A stretch of 64,000 nucleotides of DNA, taken from NCBI GenBank assembly GCA_963798085.1, contig CAWCRS010000003.1:992001-1056000 (forward strand), read 5' to 3'. Below are positions 28,695 through 39,500 of this stretch, in pieces. Under the pieces are notes generated by a model. The model saw nothing but the letters and a program-made list of their open reading frames with translations. It had not been told where the DNA came from and did not search any database. The translations under genes and the position numbers were made by a program. The stretch's first letter is position 1. Every line of letters begins with the position of its first letter. This DNA comes from an uncultured Gemmatimonadales bacterium (GTDB lineage Bacteria > Gemmatimonadota > Gemmatimonadetes > Longimicrobiales > RSA9).

Positions 28695-29903
28695 TCACCC
28701 GCTCTCGTGCTCCCTCTCCTCCAGCAGCCGGCCAGGCAGGAGCGCGCGCGGCCCGAAGCGGCGGCGCAGCTGATCCGAAGCCTGCGCCAGGCGACGGTCC
28801 CGCTCGGACTCGAGCGCGTCCGCGAAAAGGTCCGCCTGATCACCGCCCCCGGCCTGCAGGTTCGAAGCGGCAATGCCCAGCAGGCGGGCTCCCGTACGCC
28901 GCGCGCGACGCAGGCGGCGCAGCAGCTCGCGTGCGAGCGCGTACAGTGCGCGATCCAATGCCACGCCATCAGGCACGGTGCGCGACGCCTGGCGCGTGCG
29001 GAAATCGGCATCACGCAGTTTCACAGTGACGGTGCGGGCGCGCAGTCCATCGCCTCGCAGATCGGCGCCCAGCCGCACGGCGAGAGCGAGCAGCGCGGTC
29101 TCCAGAGCGTCGTCGCCAAAGAGGTCCTTAGCAAACGTCTCCTCGCGCGACATGGACCTCGCCTCGCGTTCCGGATGCACCCCGCCCGCGTCCTCGCCGC
29201 GCACGCGGTGGTAGAGCCACTGGCCGCGCCCCGGGCCCAGCCACTGCTCGAGCGTGGTCAGCGCATGGCGCAGCGCATCCTCGACCGTGACCAGACCCAG
29301 CCGCTCCAGCGCGGCAGCGAAGACCGGGCCCACGCCAGGAATGTCGGAGAGCCGGAGTCCGCGCATGAAGGCCGCTTCATCACCGGGATCGACGATGCAC
29401 ACGCCGCCCGGTTTTGCACGTCCTGCCGCGAGCTTCGCGATCATGCGCGTGGCTGCGCCGCCGATCGATACATGGATGGCAGCGCCCGCGAGCACGTCCG
29501 CCTGCATACGCAACGCAGTGTCGCGCAGCGATTCGCCGTGGTAGAGCGCTTCTGTGCCGCTCATGTCGATGTAGGCTTCGTCGACGGAGGCCGGCTCGAC
29601 CACAGGACTGAAACGCTCGAGCACGGCGCGCACGTCGCGACTCTTGCGCATGCAGAGCGCGCGCGGCACCGGGACGACTTTCGCCTGCGGACACAGACGC
29701 AGCGCGCGCCCGGTGGGCATGCCGGAGCGCACACCGAACGCACGGGTTTCGTAGGACGCGGAAGTTACCACGCCGCGATGACTCGCCGATCCGCCCACCA
29801 GCAGCAATGGCGTGCGACCCGCGCCCTCCGGATCCGCGATCCGCGCACACTGCACGAAGAACTGATCGCAATCCACATGCAGTATGCGCGCCGGCCTCAT
29901 CAT
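28695..29903 (-). CDS. dinB: DNA polymerase IV
   Basis: ILHVDCDQFF, SASYETR.FGVRSGM, ASVDEAY and VTVKLR motifs. Confidence 0.92.
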   Translation of the reverse strand: MMRPARILHVDCDQFFVQCARIADPEGAGRTPLLLVGGSASHRGVVTSASYETRAFGVRSGMPTGRALRLCPQAKVVPVPRALCMRKSRDVRAVLERFSPVVEPASVDEAYIDMSGTEALYHGESLRDTALRMQADVLAGAAIHVSIGGAATRMIAKLAAGRAKPGGVCIVDPGDEAAFMRGLRLSDIPGVGPVFAAALERLGLVTVEDALRHALTTLEQWLGPGRGQWLYHRVRGEDAGGVHPEREARSMSREETFAKDLFGDDALETALLALAVRLGADLRGDGLRARTVTVKLRDADFRTRQASRTVPDGVALDRALYALARELLRRLRRARRTGARLLGIAASNLQAGGGDQADLFADALESERDRRLAQASDQLRRRFGPRALLPGRLLEEREHESG

Positions 29904-30299
29904 CCCCGCACTCCACCGCAGAGTATCCGCGCACCGGCGTCTCCCGCGCGAATCGCGAGAGCACGCGGTGCCCGGACAGTACCCCGCTTCACGACCCGGG
30001 CATCCCGCGTACAGCACGCAATGGACTGCAACGGTTTGCTGTGAGTCAGAAGCGTCGTTTGACAGGGTTGAATCGCTGATGGCGAAGAGCATTCGATCAA
30101 GCGCTGCGTGCGTCCCGCGAACTGTCGGAAGGCGTATCTCTCACACGCAACGTCACGCACAACGCTCAATTCAGTTTCCGCCAAAACAAGAATCGGATCA
30201 AGGAAGAGACGAGCGATCCGCGACGCGACGGAACCTCAGACTGGCCGGAATTCCCAGCGAAGCACTCTGCGCACGCGCGCTCTCCGCAGTGAGACCGGC

Positions 30300-31896
30300 C
30301 TAGGGTAGCACGCCGTTGGCGGGGTGGAGGTAGACGCGGAAGACGAGGCCGGCGCCCGGGCCGGGCTCGACCGTGATGTGCCCGTTGGAGAGTGTGACGA
30401 GACCGTGCGTCGCGGCCAGGCCCATGCCTGAAGGGAGCAGGTCGGCGAATGGCTCGAAGAAGCGATCCAGCGCGGCTGAGGACACAGGTGAGCGGGTGTC
30501 CCGCAGTTCGAGCAGGATCCACGAGCCGGCGGGCACCTCGGCGTCAGCAGTGTGACGCGTGATCTCGACCGAGGACGTCGCGATCACCAGGCGCCCGCCT
30601 TCCGGCATGGCAGCGCAGCAGTTGGCCGTGAGGTTGAGCAGGATCTGGTCCGCGACGGATCGGTCGATGATCACGGGTCGCACACTCAGATCCAGCTCCG
30701 TCTGGACGTCGATGGCATCGCCGGCCAGCAGGCGGACCGCGGGAAGCCCGCGGTCGATCACGTCGCGCAGATCCGCGAGCACTGGCTGCGGCACCACACC
30801 GCGACCGACGGCGAGCAGCTGCGCGGCGAGCGCGGCCGTCGCATCCACTGTCCGCAACGCATCGTCCAGGTGCATCCTCGCCGGGTCGGCGAGTCCCACG
30901 CGCGACAGTGCGCTGCGGACCGATCCCTCGAGGCGGCCGACACCCGCCCGCAGCTCCTGCGCTACGCCGAGAGCCAGACGCGCCACCGCGGTCATGGCCG
31001 ACGCAGCGGATCGGCGGGCCTCGCGTCGCCGCACATCACGGAGGTCCGTGATGATCGCGACGAATCCGCGGATGACCTCGCCGCCACCCTCGCGCAGCGC
31101 CGAGGCTGTAATGCGAACCGGGAAGGGCTCACCATCGCGCGGCCTGACCTGAACCACGGCAGACCACGGGCGCCGGGCGACCAGCCCGGCAATGATCTCC
31201 GCCGTCTGGCCGGCATCCGTCTCCGTCTGGAGCACTTCACTATCCGTCCGGCCTATGGCTTCCCCGGCCGGCCAGCCCAGCAGTACCTCCGCCAATGCGC
31301 TCCAGTAGACCACGCGATGGTCGGCATCCGTCGCGAAAACTGCCTCACCCATGGCGGCGAGCAGACGGTCTGCGGAGAACGCCGGCTCTGGAACTTCGGG
31401 TGCCGGAGCCTCGGGCGGTGGCTGAAAACGGGCCGGCAGCACGAAGTCGTGACGACCCCGGCGCCAGCGGCGCCGTCGAGCCGGCGAATCGACGGCAGGG
31501 GGAGGAGGTCGTTGCGTAAGGTCGATCATGGCGCCCTGCAGCGCTCGGGCCTTGCCGGCAGCATCGGCAACCGCGCGCACACGATCACGCAGCTGCACGA
31601 CCGAACCGTCCGAGGCAATGGCCCGGTACTCCAGTTCGCAGGGCTGCAACTCACCGAGCGCACGCCAGAATGGCGGCCGCAACGCGCTCGCGGTCTTCCG
31701 GATGGAGAACGCCGATCCAGAAACCGGGCACGTCGCGCCAGCGCTCGAGTGGATACCCGAGCACGGCTTCCGCCCCAGCGCTCACCCGCGTGAACCGGCG
31801 GGTGTGCGCGTCCATTTCCCAGGCGATCAAGCTGCTGCTACCGTCGCTCGATCACCGATTTCCCGGTTGCTTCGCATCCGGGAGGCCACGCCGCAT
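30300..31896 (-). CDS. PAS-PAS histidine-kinase-like protein with degenerate catalytic boxes; in-frame TGA at 31852-31854 and frameshift near 31673
   Basis: PAS_3-like LHPEDRERV and a second PAS domain; H-box reads GVAQELR; N-box LLNLTAN; FFEPF; GMGLA. Confidence 0.7.
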
Positions 31897-31955
31897 CGCG
31901 TCACCTCGACTCCATGGGGGAATGACCACGGTTGCCGTACTCGTGCGCCGGATCG

Positions 31956-31971
31956 GGCAAGTCCTGCGCCG
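31956..31971 (-). promoter_or_regulatory. Sigma54-like promoter candidate
   Basis: CGGCGCAGGACTTGCC, about 60 nt upstream of ATG 31896. Confidence 0.35.
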
Positions 31972-32173
31972 ATTCCGGCCACTTTGCGCCACTTCTCAGA
32001 TTGGCGGTTCTAAGTGGCTGCTGACAAGGGCGTTAGAAGGCGAATTCCAGCTTCAGGCAGACCCGCGGACTCGCTGAGCCCGCCACCTCGGCGTGAGCCC
32101 GGTGTTGCGGCCAGCCCGCAATCCGGACCCCGGCTGGCATTTCGCCTTCTCAAACCTCGAAGTCCGGACCTAA

Positions 32174-32316
32174 CGGACCGTCTTGGCATTCTTGGGTTCC
32201 GGCCGCAACACACACAGGGCCGGCTCCCAACGCCTATCGAGTGACCGATTTCCATGCGAAATCCGGTCCCGTCTCTGTCGGCAGCGGCCGGAAGGAAAGA
32301 ACGCCAGGCTGGTCCG
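32174..32316. repeat. 143-bp terminal-inverted-repeat element, copy 2
   Basis: CGGACCGTCTTGGCATTCTTGGGTT ... AAGGAAAGAACGCCAGGCTGGTCCG. Confidence 0.9.
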
Positions 32317-32401
32317 ACGCGACATATCGGTCAAATCCTGAGGTCGGAGTGCGGACCCGTCACTGGCCGGGCGTCTGACGCTTGTCCGGTTGATACAGCA
32401 C

Positions 32402-32431
32402 TTGACAATACAAAGTACTTGTCGCTATCCT
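32402..32431 (+). promoter_or_regulatory. Sigma70 promoter overlapping a palindromic operator
   Basis: TTGACA-N18-TATCCT, with GACAA...AAGTACTT...TTGTC dyad symmetry across the spacer. Confidence 0.6.
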
Positions 32432-32454
32432 GCGCCATGCAGGAGCCTGCGAAC

Positions 32455-33636
32455 ATGAATGACTGCGATGTGATCGTCGTTGGAGCCGGCCTGGCGGGCC
32501 TGGTCGCGGCCAGAGACCTCGCCGCTCGCGGACACCGCGTGCGCCTGGTCGACGTCAAGCTTGATCCGGGCAGGAACGTGCACACCACGGGCATTTTCGT
32601 ACGCCGCACGCTCGAGGATTTCGCGCTGCCGGCCGAATGCCTGGGTCCTCCGGTGCGACGTGTGGTGCTGCACTCGCCTGCAGGTCGCGAACTCGAGCTG
32701 CTCAGCTCGCAGGACGAGTTCCGTGTCGGTCGCATGGGGGCATTGTATCAGCGACTGCTCGCGGAGGGTGAGGCCGCGGGGGTGGAGGTCTCGCTGGGCA
32801 CGCGCTTCCACTCCGCGGCGCAGGACGCGCGCGGATCGGCGGTCTGGCTGGAGCGCGGCCACCGTCGCTGGCGGGTGCGCACCCGGTTCCTCATCGGGGC
32901 CGATGGTGCGGTGTCCCGCGTCGCCCGACAAATGAACCTCGATCAGAATCACGAGTGGCTGGTGGGTGTCGAGGACGTGTATGAGGGTTCGCTGTACGAA
33001 GGCCCGCCCACCCTGCACTGCTGGCTCGACCCCCGGCTCGCTCCCGGGTACATCGCCTGGGCGACGGACGATGGCGAGACATCGCACGTGGGTGTGGGCG
33101 GATATGCGGGTCGATTCGAGCCGCTGGCGGCGCTGGCGACGCTGCGCAGCCGGCTGCAGGGGCGCTCCCGCCTGCTGTCGCTGCAGCGGGTGGAGCGACG
33201 CGGCGGCCGGATTCCAGTGAACGGCGTGCTGCGGCGAATCGGTAGCCGGCGCGCATTGCTCATCGGAGATGCTGCCGGGGCGGTGTCGCCACTCACAGCA
33301 GGTGGCCTGGACCCCTGCCTGCGTCTGACAGGGGCAGCCGTGATGCTCGTCTCCTCTGTGCTCATGGGCGCGCCGGAGTCCCTGCTCGATGCATATTCGG
33401 GCGTTCCTTTCCAGCGTCATTTTTTCAGGCGACGCATGCTCCGCCGCGCGCTCGCCGCTACTACGCATCCGATCTGGGCAGAGGTCGCCTGCGCCGCCCT
33501 GTCGCTGTGGCCTTTGCGCGAGCTGGCCAGCGGGCTGTTCTTCGGCCGCGGCTCGTTCCCCGACATCGACGTCGCGTTGCCGATCGTGCAGCCGGTGCCT
33601 GCAACGTCGGCAGCGGAGTTGGCGCCGGCCGGCTAG
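32455..33636 (+). CDS. FAD-dependent oxidoreductase, geranylgeranyl reductase-like
   Basis: VVGAGLAG, IGADG and IGDAAGAVSPLTAGG motifs; AGGAG precedes the ATG. Confidence 0.85.
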   Translation: MNDCDVIVVGAGLAGLVAARDLAARGHRVRLVDVKLDPGRNVHTTGIFVRRTLEDFALPAECLGPPVRRVVLHSPAGRELELLSSQDEFRVGRMGALYQRLLAEGEAAGVEVSLGTRFHSAAQDARGSAVWLERGHRRWRVRTRFLIGADGAVSRVARQMNLDQNHEWLVGVEDVYEGSLYEGPPTLHCWLDPRLAPGYIAWATDDGETSHVGVGGYAGRFEPLAALATLRSRLQGRSRLLSLQRVERRGGRIPVNGVLRRIGSRRALLIGDAAGAVSPLTAGGLDPCLRLTGAAVMLVSSVLMGAPESLLDAYSGVPFQRHFFRRRMLRRALAATTHPIWAEVACAALSLWPLRELASGLFFGRGSFPDIDVALPIVQPVPATSAAELAPAG

Positions 33637-33654
33637 GCGGGGTCGTCGGACCAC

Positions 33655-33882
33655 CGGACCGTCTTTGCGTTCTTGGGTTTGGCGGATCTTCCCATGCGCG
33701 CGGACTGCCACGGTCGCGAGCTGCCATACGGCTGGCCCGCACCACCATGGAATCGGGCGCACAACGGTTTATTGTTCGCTGGCTTTCGTCCGGCGGGCAG
33801 CATTGTGCCCGCGCATCGGCAGTCCACCCGGGTCGAGAAGATAGTCGGAAGGAGCACAACCCAAGAACGCCAAGACGGTCCG
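33655..33882. repeat. 228-bp variant of the element with two A-type ends, copy 3
   Basis: CGGACCGTCTTTGCGTTCTTGGGTT ... AACCCAAGAACGCCAAGACGGTCCG. Confidence 0.8.
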
Positions 33883-33942
33883 ATCGCAAGATGCGCATGC
33901 CGCTGCCGATCCTCAGGGACAGCCCCCTCACCGAGGTGCGTC

Positions 33943-35145
33943 ATGCATACCCAGCCCAAACACGCTGTTCGTGCCTCCACGCTGCTCAGCGCCGTTGCCT
34001 GCGCATGCGTTGTCGCGAGCGTCGGATGTACAAAGCAGAAGGCAGCGGCGTCCGAGACTGATCGCGCCACCACATTGCCTGATCCGTCCGGCGCGTGGCG
34101 GCTGACGGCAACCCCGCTCGACATCGGCATTGCCGACGGCGACCCGCACTACCTGCTGCACAACGCCGTCAGTTCTCTGCTGCTGGATGACGGGCGCATC
34201 GTCGTGCTCAACGCGGGCTCACAGGAACTGCGGTTCTACGATACCGGCGGGAAGTTCCTCAACAGCGCCGGGCGCAAGGGGAGCGGCCCGGGAGAATTCC
34301 GCTGGCCCCAGCGCATCTACCTCGCGCATCCGGACACGATCCTGGTGTTCGACGCGGGTACGCAGCGCGAATCGCTGTTCGACACGCAGGGCCGTTTCGT
34401 GCGCGATCAGCCGTGGGTGCCGGCCGACAGCGAGCCCTTCCCGCGCGACGCGTGGCTCTATCGGCACACGCTCGTCGACGGGCCACCCTCACCTGACGCA
34501 CGCGAGTCCGTGCGCCGGCTTCTGAACGCGTTGCCGCCGCTGGAATCGCCGCGGCAGTTCCGGTTCGCGCGCGTGGACACACAGGATCGCGTGTGGGTGC
34601 GGGCGGCCCCGTGGGATCCGCAGCAGAGCACGGGCTGGAGCGTGTATGCGAAGTCGGGCGCGCCGCTCGCGCGTGTCACGACGCCACCGGGCTTCGAGCC
34701 CGAGCACATCGGCCGGGATTTCCTGCTCGGGCGCAGCTACGACTCGGTCAACGTCGAGCACGTCCGGCTGTACCGGCTGAGCGGCCTGCCGGCGAAGGAG
34801 CCGCCGGCCCCCGCGCTCATGGCACAGTCGAGCGCACCGGCGCATCCCGCAGCGGTGCCGGATGCGTTGCGCCGCAACATGCTGAGCGTGGTGCGCAACA
34901 CGATGGCGCAGCAGGAGATCTACTACTCGCTGCCTGAACACGGGTACAGTTACGCCGCGCGCGCGGACCAGCTCGAGTGGCCGGAGGACATGGACGGGCT
35001 GGTACCGAACATCATCGACGGTGGACCCACCGGGTGGACCATGGTGCTGTTTCACGAGCGCGAACCCATCGCCTGCGCCGTCACCGCCGGGATCGCCGGG
35101 CCGGTCGGCTGGCGGCCGGGCATTGCCACCTGCGTGGCCTGGTAA
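33943..35145 (+). CDS. Lipoprotein with 6-bladed beta-propeller-like region and C-terminal pilin-like domain
   Basis: Lipobox SVGC; GRKGSGPGEF; C-terminal NMLSVVRNTMAQQEIYYS...GWT...CAV...C. Confidence 0.7.
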   Translation: MHTQPKHAVRASTLLSAVACACVVASVGCTKQKAAASETDRATTLPDPSGAWRLTATPLDIGIADGDPHYLLHNAVSSLLLDDGRIVVLNAGSQELRFYDTGGKFLNSAGRKGSGPGEFRWPQRIYLAHPDTILVFDAGTQRESLFDTQGRFVRDQPWVPADSEPFPRDAWLYRHTLVDGPPSPDARESVRRLLNALPPLESPRQFRFARVDTQDRVWVRAAPWDPQQSTGWSVYAKSGAPLARVTTPPGFEPEHIGRDFLLGRSYDSVNVEHVRLYRLSGLPAKEPPAPALMAQSSAPAHPAAVPDALRRNMLSVVRNTMAQQEIYYSLPEHGYSYAARADQLEWPEDMDGLVPNIIDGGPTGWTMVLFHEREPIACAVTAGIAGPVGWRPGIATCVAW

Positions 35146-35837
35146 TCGGCTGTTAGAGCGCTGCCGGCTGCGGCGGCGGACGGAGCAGCCCACAACGCAG
35201 TGAAGGGCGCGCGAACGACTGAACTGTGCGCCGGGCCGGACCAGCCGCTGAGCGGCTGCAACGGTGATCCGCTGCTCAGCGGGTCGCTCGCGTGCCGACC
35301 ACCGCCACAAGCAGCCATAATTGGTGGCCGGCCAGAGAACCCGGAACGTGTGCGCCGGCCCGTTCCATCGAACGCGGCCGGGTCGCACCCAGGGGCGGCC
35401 CTGGGGCCAGCCTTCCTTCAACGCTACGCGAGCACGTTCCAACCGAGCAGCGCATTCTGACCCGACTACCGGGTGCACTCCGCCGCAGCTGCAGGCCGTC
35501 GGCATCGCACATCGTCCCAACAGTGCTGTTAACCCTCTGCCGGCGCGTCTGGTCGGAATGCGGCTGCGGCCGCCGTGCGCCACGCTGGAACGCCCGGCAC
35601 ACTGCGGTGTCGTGCCCACGTTGACCATCTCGCCGGAAGCCGTGCGCTACCGTTGTCCAATCACAGTCCACCGCACGCGACGCCGACGGGCGCTGGCTGG
35701 CGACGTGCGGTCTGCGAGGCGCGGGTGGCATGCAGCGGCGTCGTCGCATACACTCCAGACATGGAGCTTGTCTTTGACCGCGGGCCTGCTCCATGGTTGG
35801 CCACTGCAGCGGATCTGACCTGCATTCGACATCGTGG

Positions 35838-37985
35838 ATGGTCCGGATGCTTCTTCTCCTCGTGCGGATTTCCGTATCGCAGCTGCCGGCGCAGACAGTG
35901 GATCCGGGTGCGTTCGAGCGCGAGCTGGCGGCCGTCACGGATCCGGCGGCGCTGTCACGCGTGGCGCAGGAGCGTGTGGCGACGACATCGTCCGCCAGTG
36001 CCGGCGCGCCTATCGCGCTCGGCCTCGTCCATCTGCGCTGGTGGGAACTCACGCGGAACCGCAAGGAAGCGGACCGGGCGAAGGACGAGTTCAGCAAGGC
36101 GAGAGCGATCGAAGCCGACAATGCGTGGGCGGTCTTCGGCTACGGGCTCAGCCTGGCGCACGGGCCGGATGTGCGCTCGGACGGGCCGGCGCTGGCGGCG
36201 ACAGGTCGTTCGTGGGCGAGGGAGCTGGGTCTGGATGCGCGCTCGCGGGCGCGGCGCGCGATGGAGCAGGCGCTGGCGCTGGACGCAGGCTTCAATCGCG
36301 CGGCTGAAGTGCTGGGGAGCTGGCGCTGCAGTCGCGCCGCGCGGACGAGCTCGCGAGAGCGAAGGACGCGTTGCTGGTAGTCCTCGCGCAGCAGCGTGCC
36401 ACGGACGGCACACTGCGCGTACTGTCGCGTGTGGCCAGTTCCCTGGACGATCAGGAGACGGCGCTGCGCGTTGCCCAACTGGCTGTTAGAAGGCATCCCG
36501 GTGCCGCCAACCTGCACGCATTGAGTGTGGCCCTGCTGCGTACGCCCGGGCGCGAGCAATCCCGTGCGGACGGGTACTTCCAGGTGCTGGATGCGCTGAC
36601 ACCCGGTGTGGCGGCGCAGCTGTGGTCGGAGATCGGGCCCATTGCCAATGCGGAAGAACAGAAACGCTGGCAGGCGGGCGATCTCGCTGCGCGAGGCGCG
36701 CTGCTGCGGAAATTCTGGGACCTGCGCGCCGGCCTCGCCGCGGAAGCGGTAGCGGAGCGGCTGGCATAGCATTATCGCCGGCTCGAGGTCGTGCTGCAGA
36801 AGAACGTTCGGGTCGCGGATGGGCTGGCAGCCGGGCATTGGCACGCTCAAGGAGAAGATGCCGGAAGCACCCTTCGACGAGCGCGGTGGTGTGTACCTGC
36901 ACAACGGGCCGCCGGACCGCATCATTCGCACGCTGGACATGAAGTTCGCCACGGAGGCGTGCAGCACAGGCATGGGTCCAGCCGTCTACAACGAGTCGTG
37001 GCTGTATCATTGCCTGGAAGAGCGGCCTCGCCTGATCAACTTCGTGCGCTGCAACGGCCTGCTCGGCTACGTCGTGCCGTACACCACGCCGTGCGGTGCG
37101 TCGGGGGACGCACGCTATCAGACGGATCGTCAATTCATTGACGATGCGCTCTGCAGCTGGCGCACACCGGAGCGCACACTCGAGTTCGCGCGCGAGCACA
37201 TGGCGGTGGACACCGATGCTCCTGATTTTTCCGCCGCGACTCCGTTCGCGTGGGACATGTTCGCGTTCCGCGGCAGCACCGGGCAGAGGGATCTCTCGGT
37301 GCCCGTGGGCGTGGCCGGCGATTCCCTGCACGAAGACGTGCTGGCCGACGGGCGGCGAGGCCATCGCCTGCGGCTCTCGCTCTTCGTGGTCGATACCGCG
37401 GCGCAGCGCGTCTCGCACGCGGACACGGTGGAATCGTTCGTCGGCAGGAGCGCGCGGCGAGCTGGTGATCGCGTACGTGAACCTGTCCGTACCGCCGATG
37501 GCTGATGCTGTGCAGCGCATTGTGGTACGGGAGGCCGGTCGGCCGGAACGCGGCGCACTGCACGGTGAGCACGTGCGGGTGCCCGATTATGGCGGCGACT
37601 CGCTGATGGTGAGCAGCATTGTGCTCGCCCTGCCAGGCGACGGCGGCAACTGGAAGCGTGGTGCAACGACGCTCACCGTGGTGCCCGCAGGCGAATTCGG
37701 CGGTGGTCAGTTCCGCGTCTTCCATGAGGTCTGCAATCTTCCGAAGGACTCGCGGTATGAGACCGAAATCGAGATCCAGCGAATGGATGGCGCCCGTGAG
37801 TCGCTGCGCTTCGTTTCCAGGGCGTGGCGCAGCCCGAGGGCCGCGGCGTAATCCACGAACTGCGCTCGATCGATACCGGCCTCGAATCCGGCCGGTATCG
37901 ACTGCACGTCCGTGTCCGCAATCTCCAGACGAATGCGGTCGCTGCCAGCGAACGGCGGAACGCCGTGACGGCGGCATCCCGCTGA
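35838..37985 (+). pseudogene. GWxTD-like/TPR secreted protein gene broken by about four frameshifts and a TAG; pseudogene or sequencing error
   Basis: Fragments join as signal peptide + TPR, LRKFWDLR..ERLA*HYRRL, DERGGVYLHNGPP, NESWLY and a C-terminal GRYRLHVRV. Confidence 0.6.
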
Positions 37986-38063
37986 CGGGTCCAACCGGGC
38001 AACGGCTTGAGCCGGAGCCCGCGAGGCGCCAGTATGTCGCACCCTTCACGACGGATGGTCGAC

Positions 38064-39392
38064 ATGCGCAATCCCGCAGCCGGTGCGCCCGCGTTCGCTC
38101 TTGCCCTGGCCACGTTGCTCGCCAGCGTGGCAGGTGCGCAGAACTTCCGCCAGACCCAAACAGATGATTACACGCGCTACGAGCTGCTCGCCCCGTCGTC
38201 GCACAGTTTTCACATCGTCTACGATGTGAGCGCCACCACCGGGGGCGCGCCCTTCTACTTCAACGCGATTCGCGCGGGCGCCGAAGAGACCGTGCACGGC
38301 GTGTACGACCTCATGACCGGGCAGCCGCTGAAGTGGCAGGTGGTCGATGGCGATGAAGCGAAGCGCGCGGGCATGCAGAACGCGAGCCCCAATCAGCGTT
38401 ATATCCAGGTGACGCTGGCGCGGCCGGTGCCGGAGGGCGGACAGGGTCGCGTGCGCATCGACAAGACCTACCGGGACACCGCGAGCTATTTCGCGCAGGG
38501 TGATGCCATCGTCTTCGACCGCTCGCTGGGCATCGACCGCAATGCGGTGGTGCTGCCCGCCGGATACGAGCTGGTTTCGGTCAATTATCCATCGCAGGTG
38601 CAGGCGGAGGCGGACGGGCGCATCCGCGTGAGCTTCATGAATCGCGGTCCGGCCGCAGTGCCCTACCGCGTGCAGGCGAAGCCGCTGCCTCGCGGCGCCG
38701 CGGCCATGGCGGGGCCGGGCGATGCGGCCGGTCGCGGCCGCGGCGCCGCCGGCTCAGGCGGGCGAAGCGCGCAGAGCGGACGCGGCGGGGCAGCGGTGGC
38801 TGCGCCGGCACCGGAGGGAGCACGCGTCGACTACCGCTTCGATGAGCGCGCCTTCGAGGACCGTGACATCACCTACTTCCTGGACCAGCCCGGGACGCAT
38901 TCGTTCGACCTGTTCCACGACTACACGGAGAGCCGGCCCGGGATGGACCACTACGTGAACGTCGTGCGTGCCGGCAGCCGCTCAGCGAATCCCAGTGCGA
39001 TCATCCTGGATACAGGCGAGAAACTGCGGGTCGAGACGCTGCGCGGCAGCGAGATCACCGCGAAGCAGCTGGACATTGGCGAGACCGTGACGGCGACCAC
39101 GGAGGCGGTCGTGATCTGGTACCCGCCGGTGCCGAAGGGCGGCTCCACGCGGCTGCGCATCAGTGAGCGCTACACGGATGCGGGCCGCTACCTGGTGTCG
39201 GGCGGCGAACTGCTGTGGGATCGCAGTTTCGGCCGCGCGCGCAACACGGTGATCCTGCCGGCCGGCTGGTTCCTGACAGCCAGTTCGATTCCTGCCGTCA
39301 TCAGCACGCTCGACGATGGCCGCATCCGGCTGCGCTTCATCAACGACCGCCCGGACGAGATCGCCGTGTACCTGCGCGCCCGGCACAGGTAG
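38064..39392 (+). CDS. Secreted hypothetical protein with an internally duplicated domain
   Basis: Signal peptide; two homologous halves (HSFHIVYD/HSFDLFHD, RNAVVLPAGY/RNTVILPAGW, DGRIRVSFMN/DGRIRLRFIN). Confidence 0.8.
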   Translation: MRNPAAGAPAFALALATLLASVAGAQNFRQTQTDDYTRYELLAPSSHSFHIVYDVSATTGGAPFYFNAIRAGAEETVHGVYDLMTGQPLKWQVVDGDEAKRAGMQNASPNQRYIQVTLARPVPEGGQGRVRIDKTYRDTASYFAQGDAIVFDRSLGIDRNAVVLPAGYELVSVNYPSQVQAEADGRIRVSFMNRGPAAVPYRVQAKPLPRGAAAMAGPGDAAGRGRGAAGSGGRSAQSGRGGAAVAAPAPEGARVDYRFDERAFEDRDITYFLDQPGTHSFDLFHDYTESRPGMDHYVNVVRAGSRSANPSAIILDTGEKLRVETLRGSEITAKQLDIGETVTATTEAVVIWYPPVPKGGSTRLRISERYTDAGRYLVSGGELLWDRSFGRARNTVILPAGWFLTASSIPAVISTLDDGRIRLRFINDRPDEIAVYLRARHR

Positions 39393-39500
39393 TACCTGCT
39401 CCGGCCTCGCATAACTGGCTGTTAGAACAGAATCCGGCGTCCCCCGCCGGGTGGGGACGGCCTCAGCAGGAAGGGAGAGGCGCCGCCGCGCGACCCGGCG

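Noticed and set aside
31852..31854. Selenocysteine or readthrough TGA in the PAS gene
   Set aside because: Falls in a non-conserved N-terminal stretch with no catalytic context, and a second lesion lies nearby.
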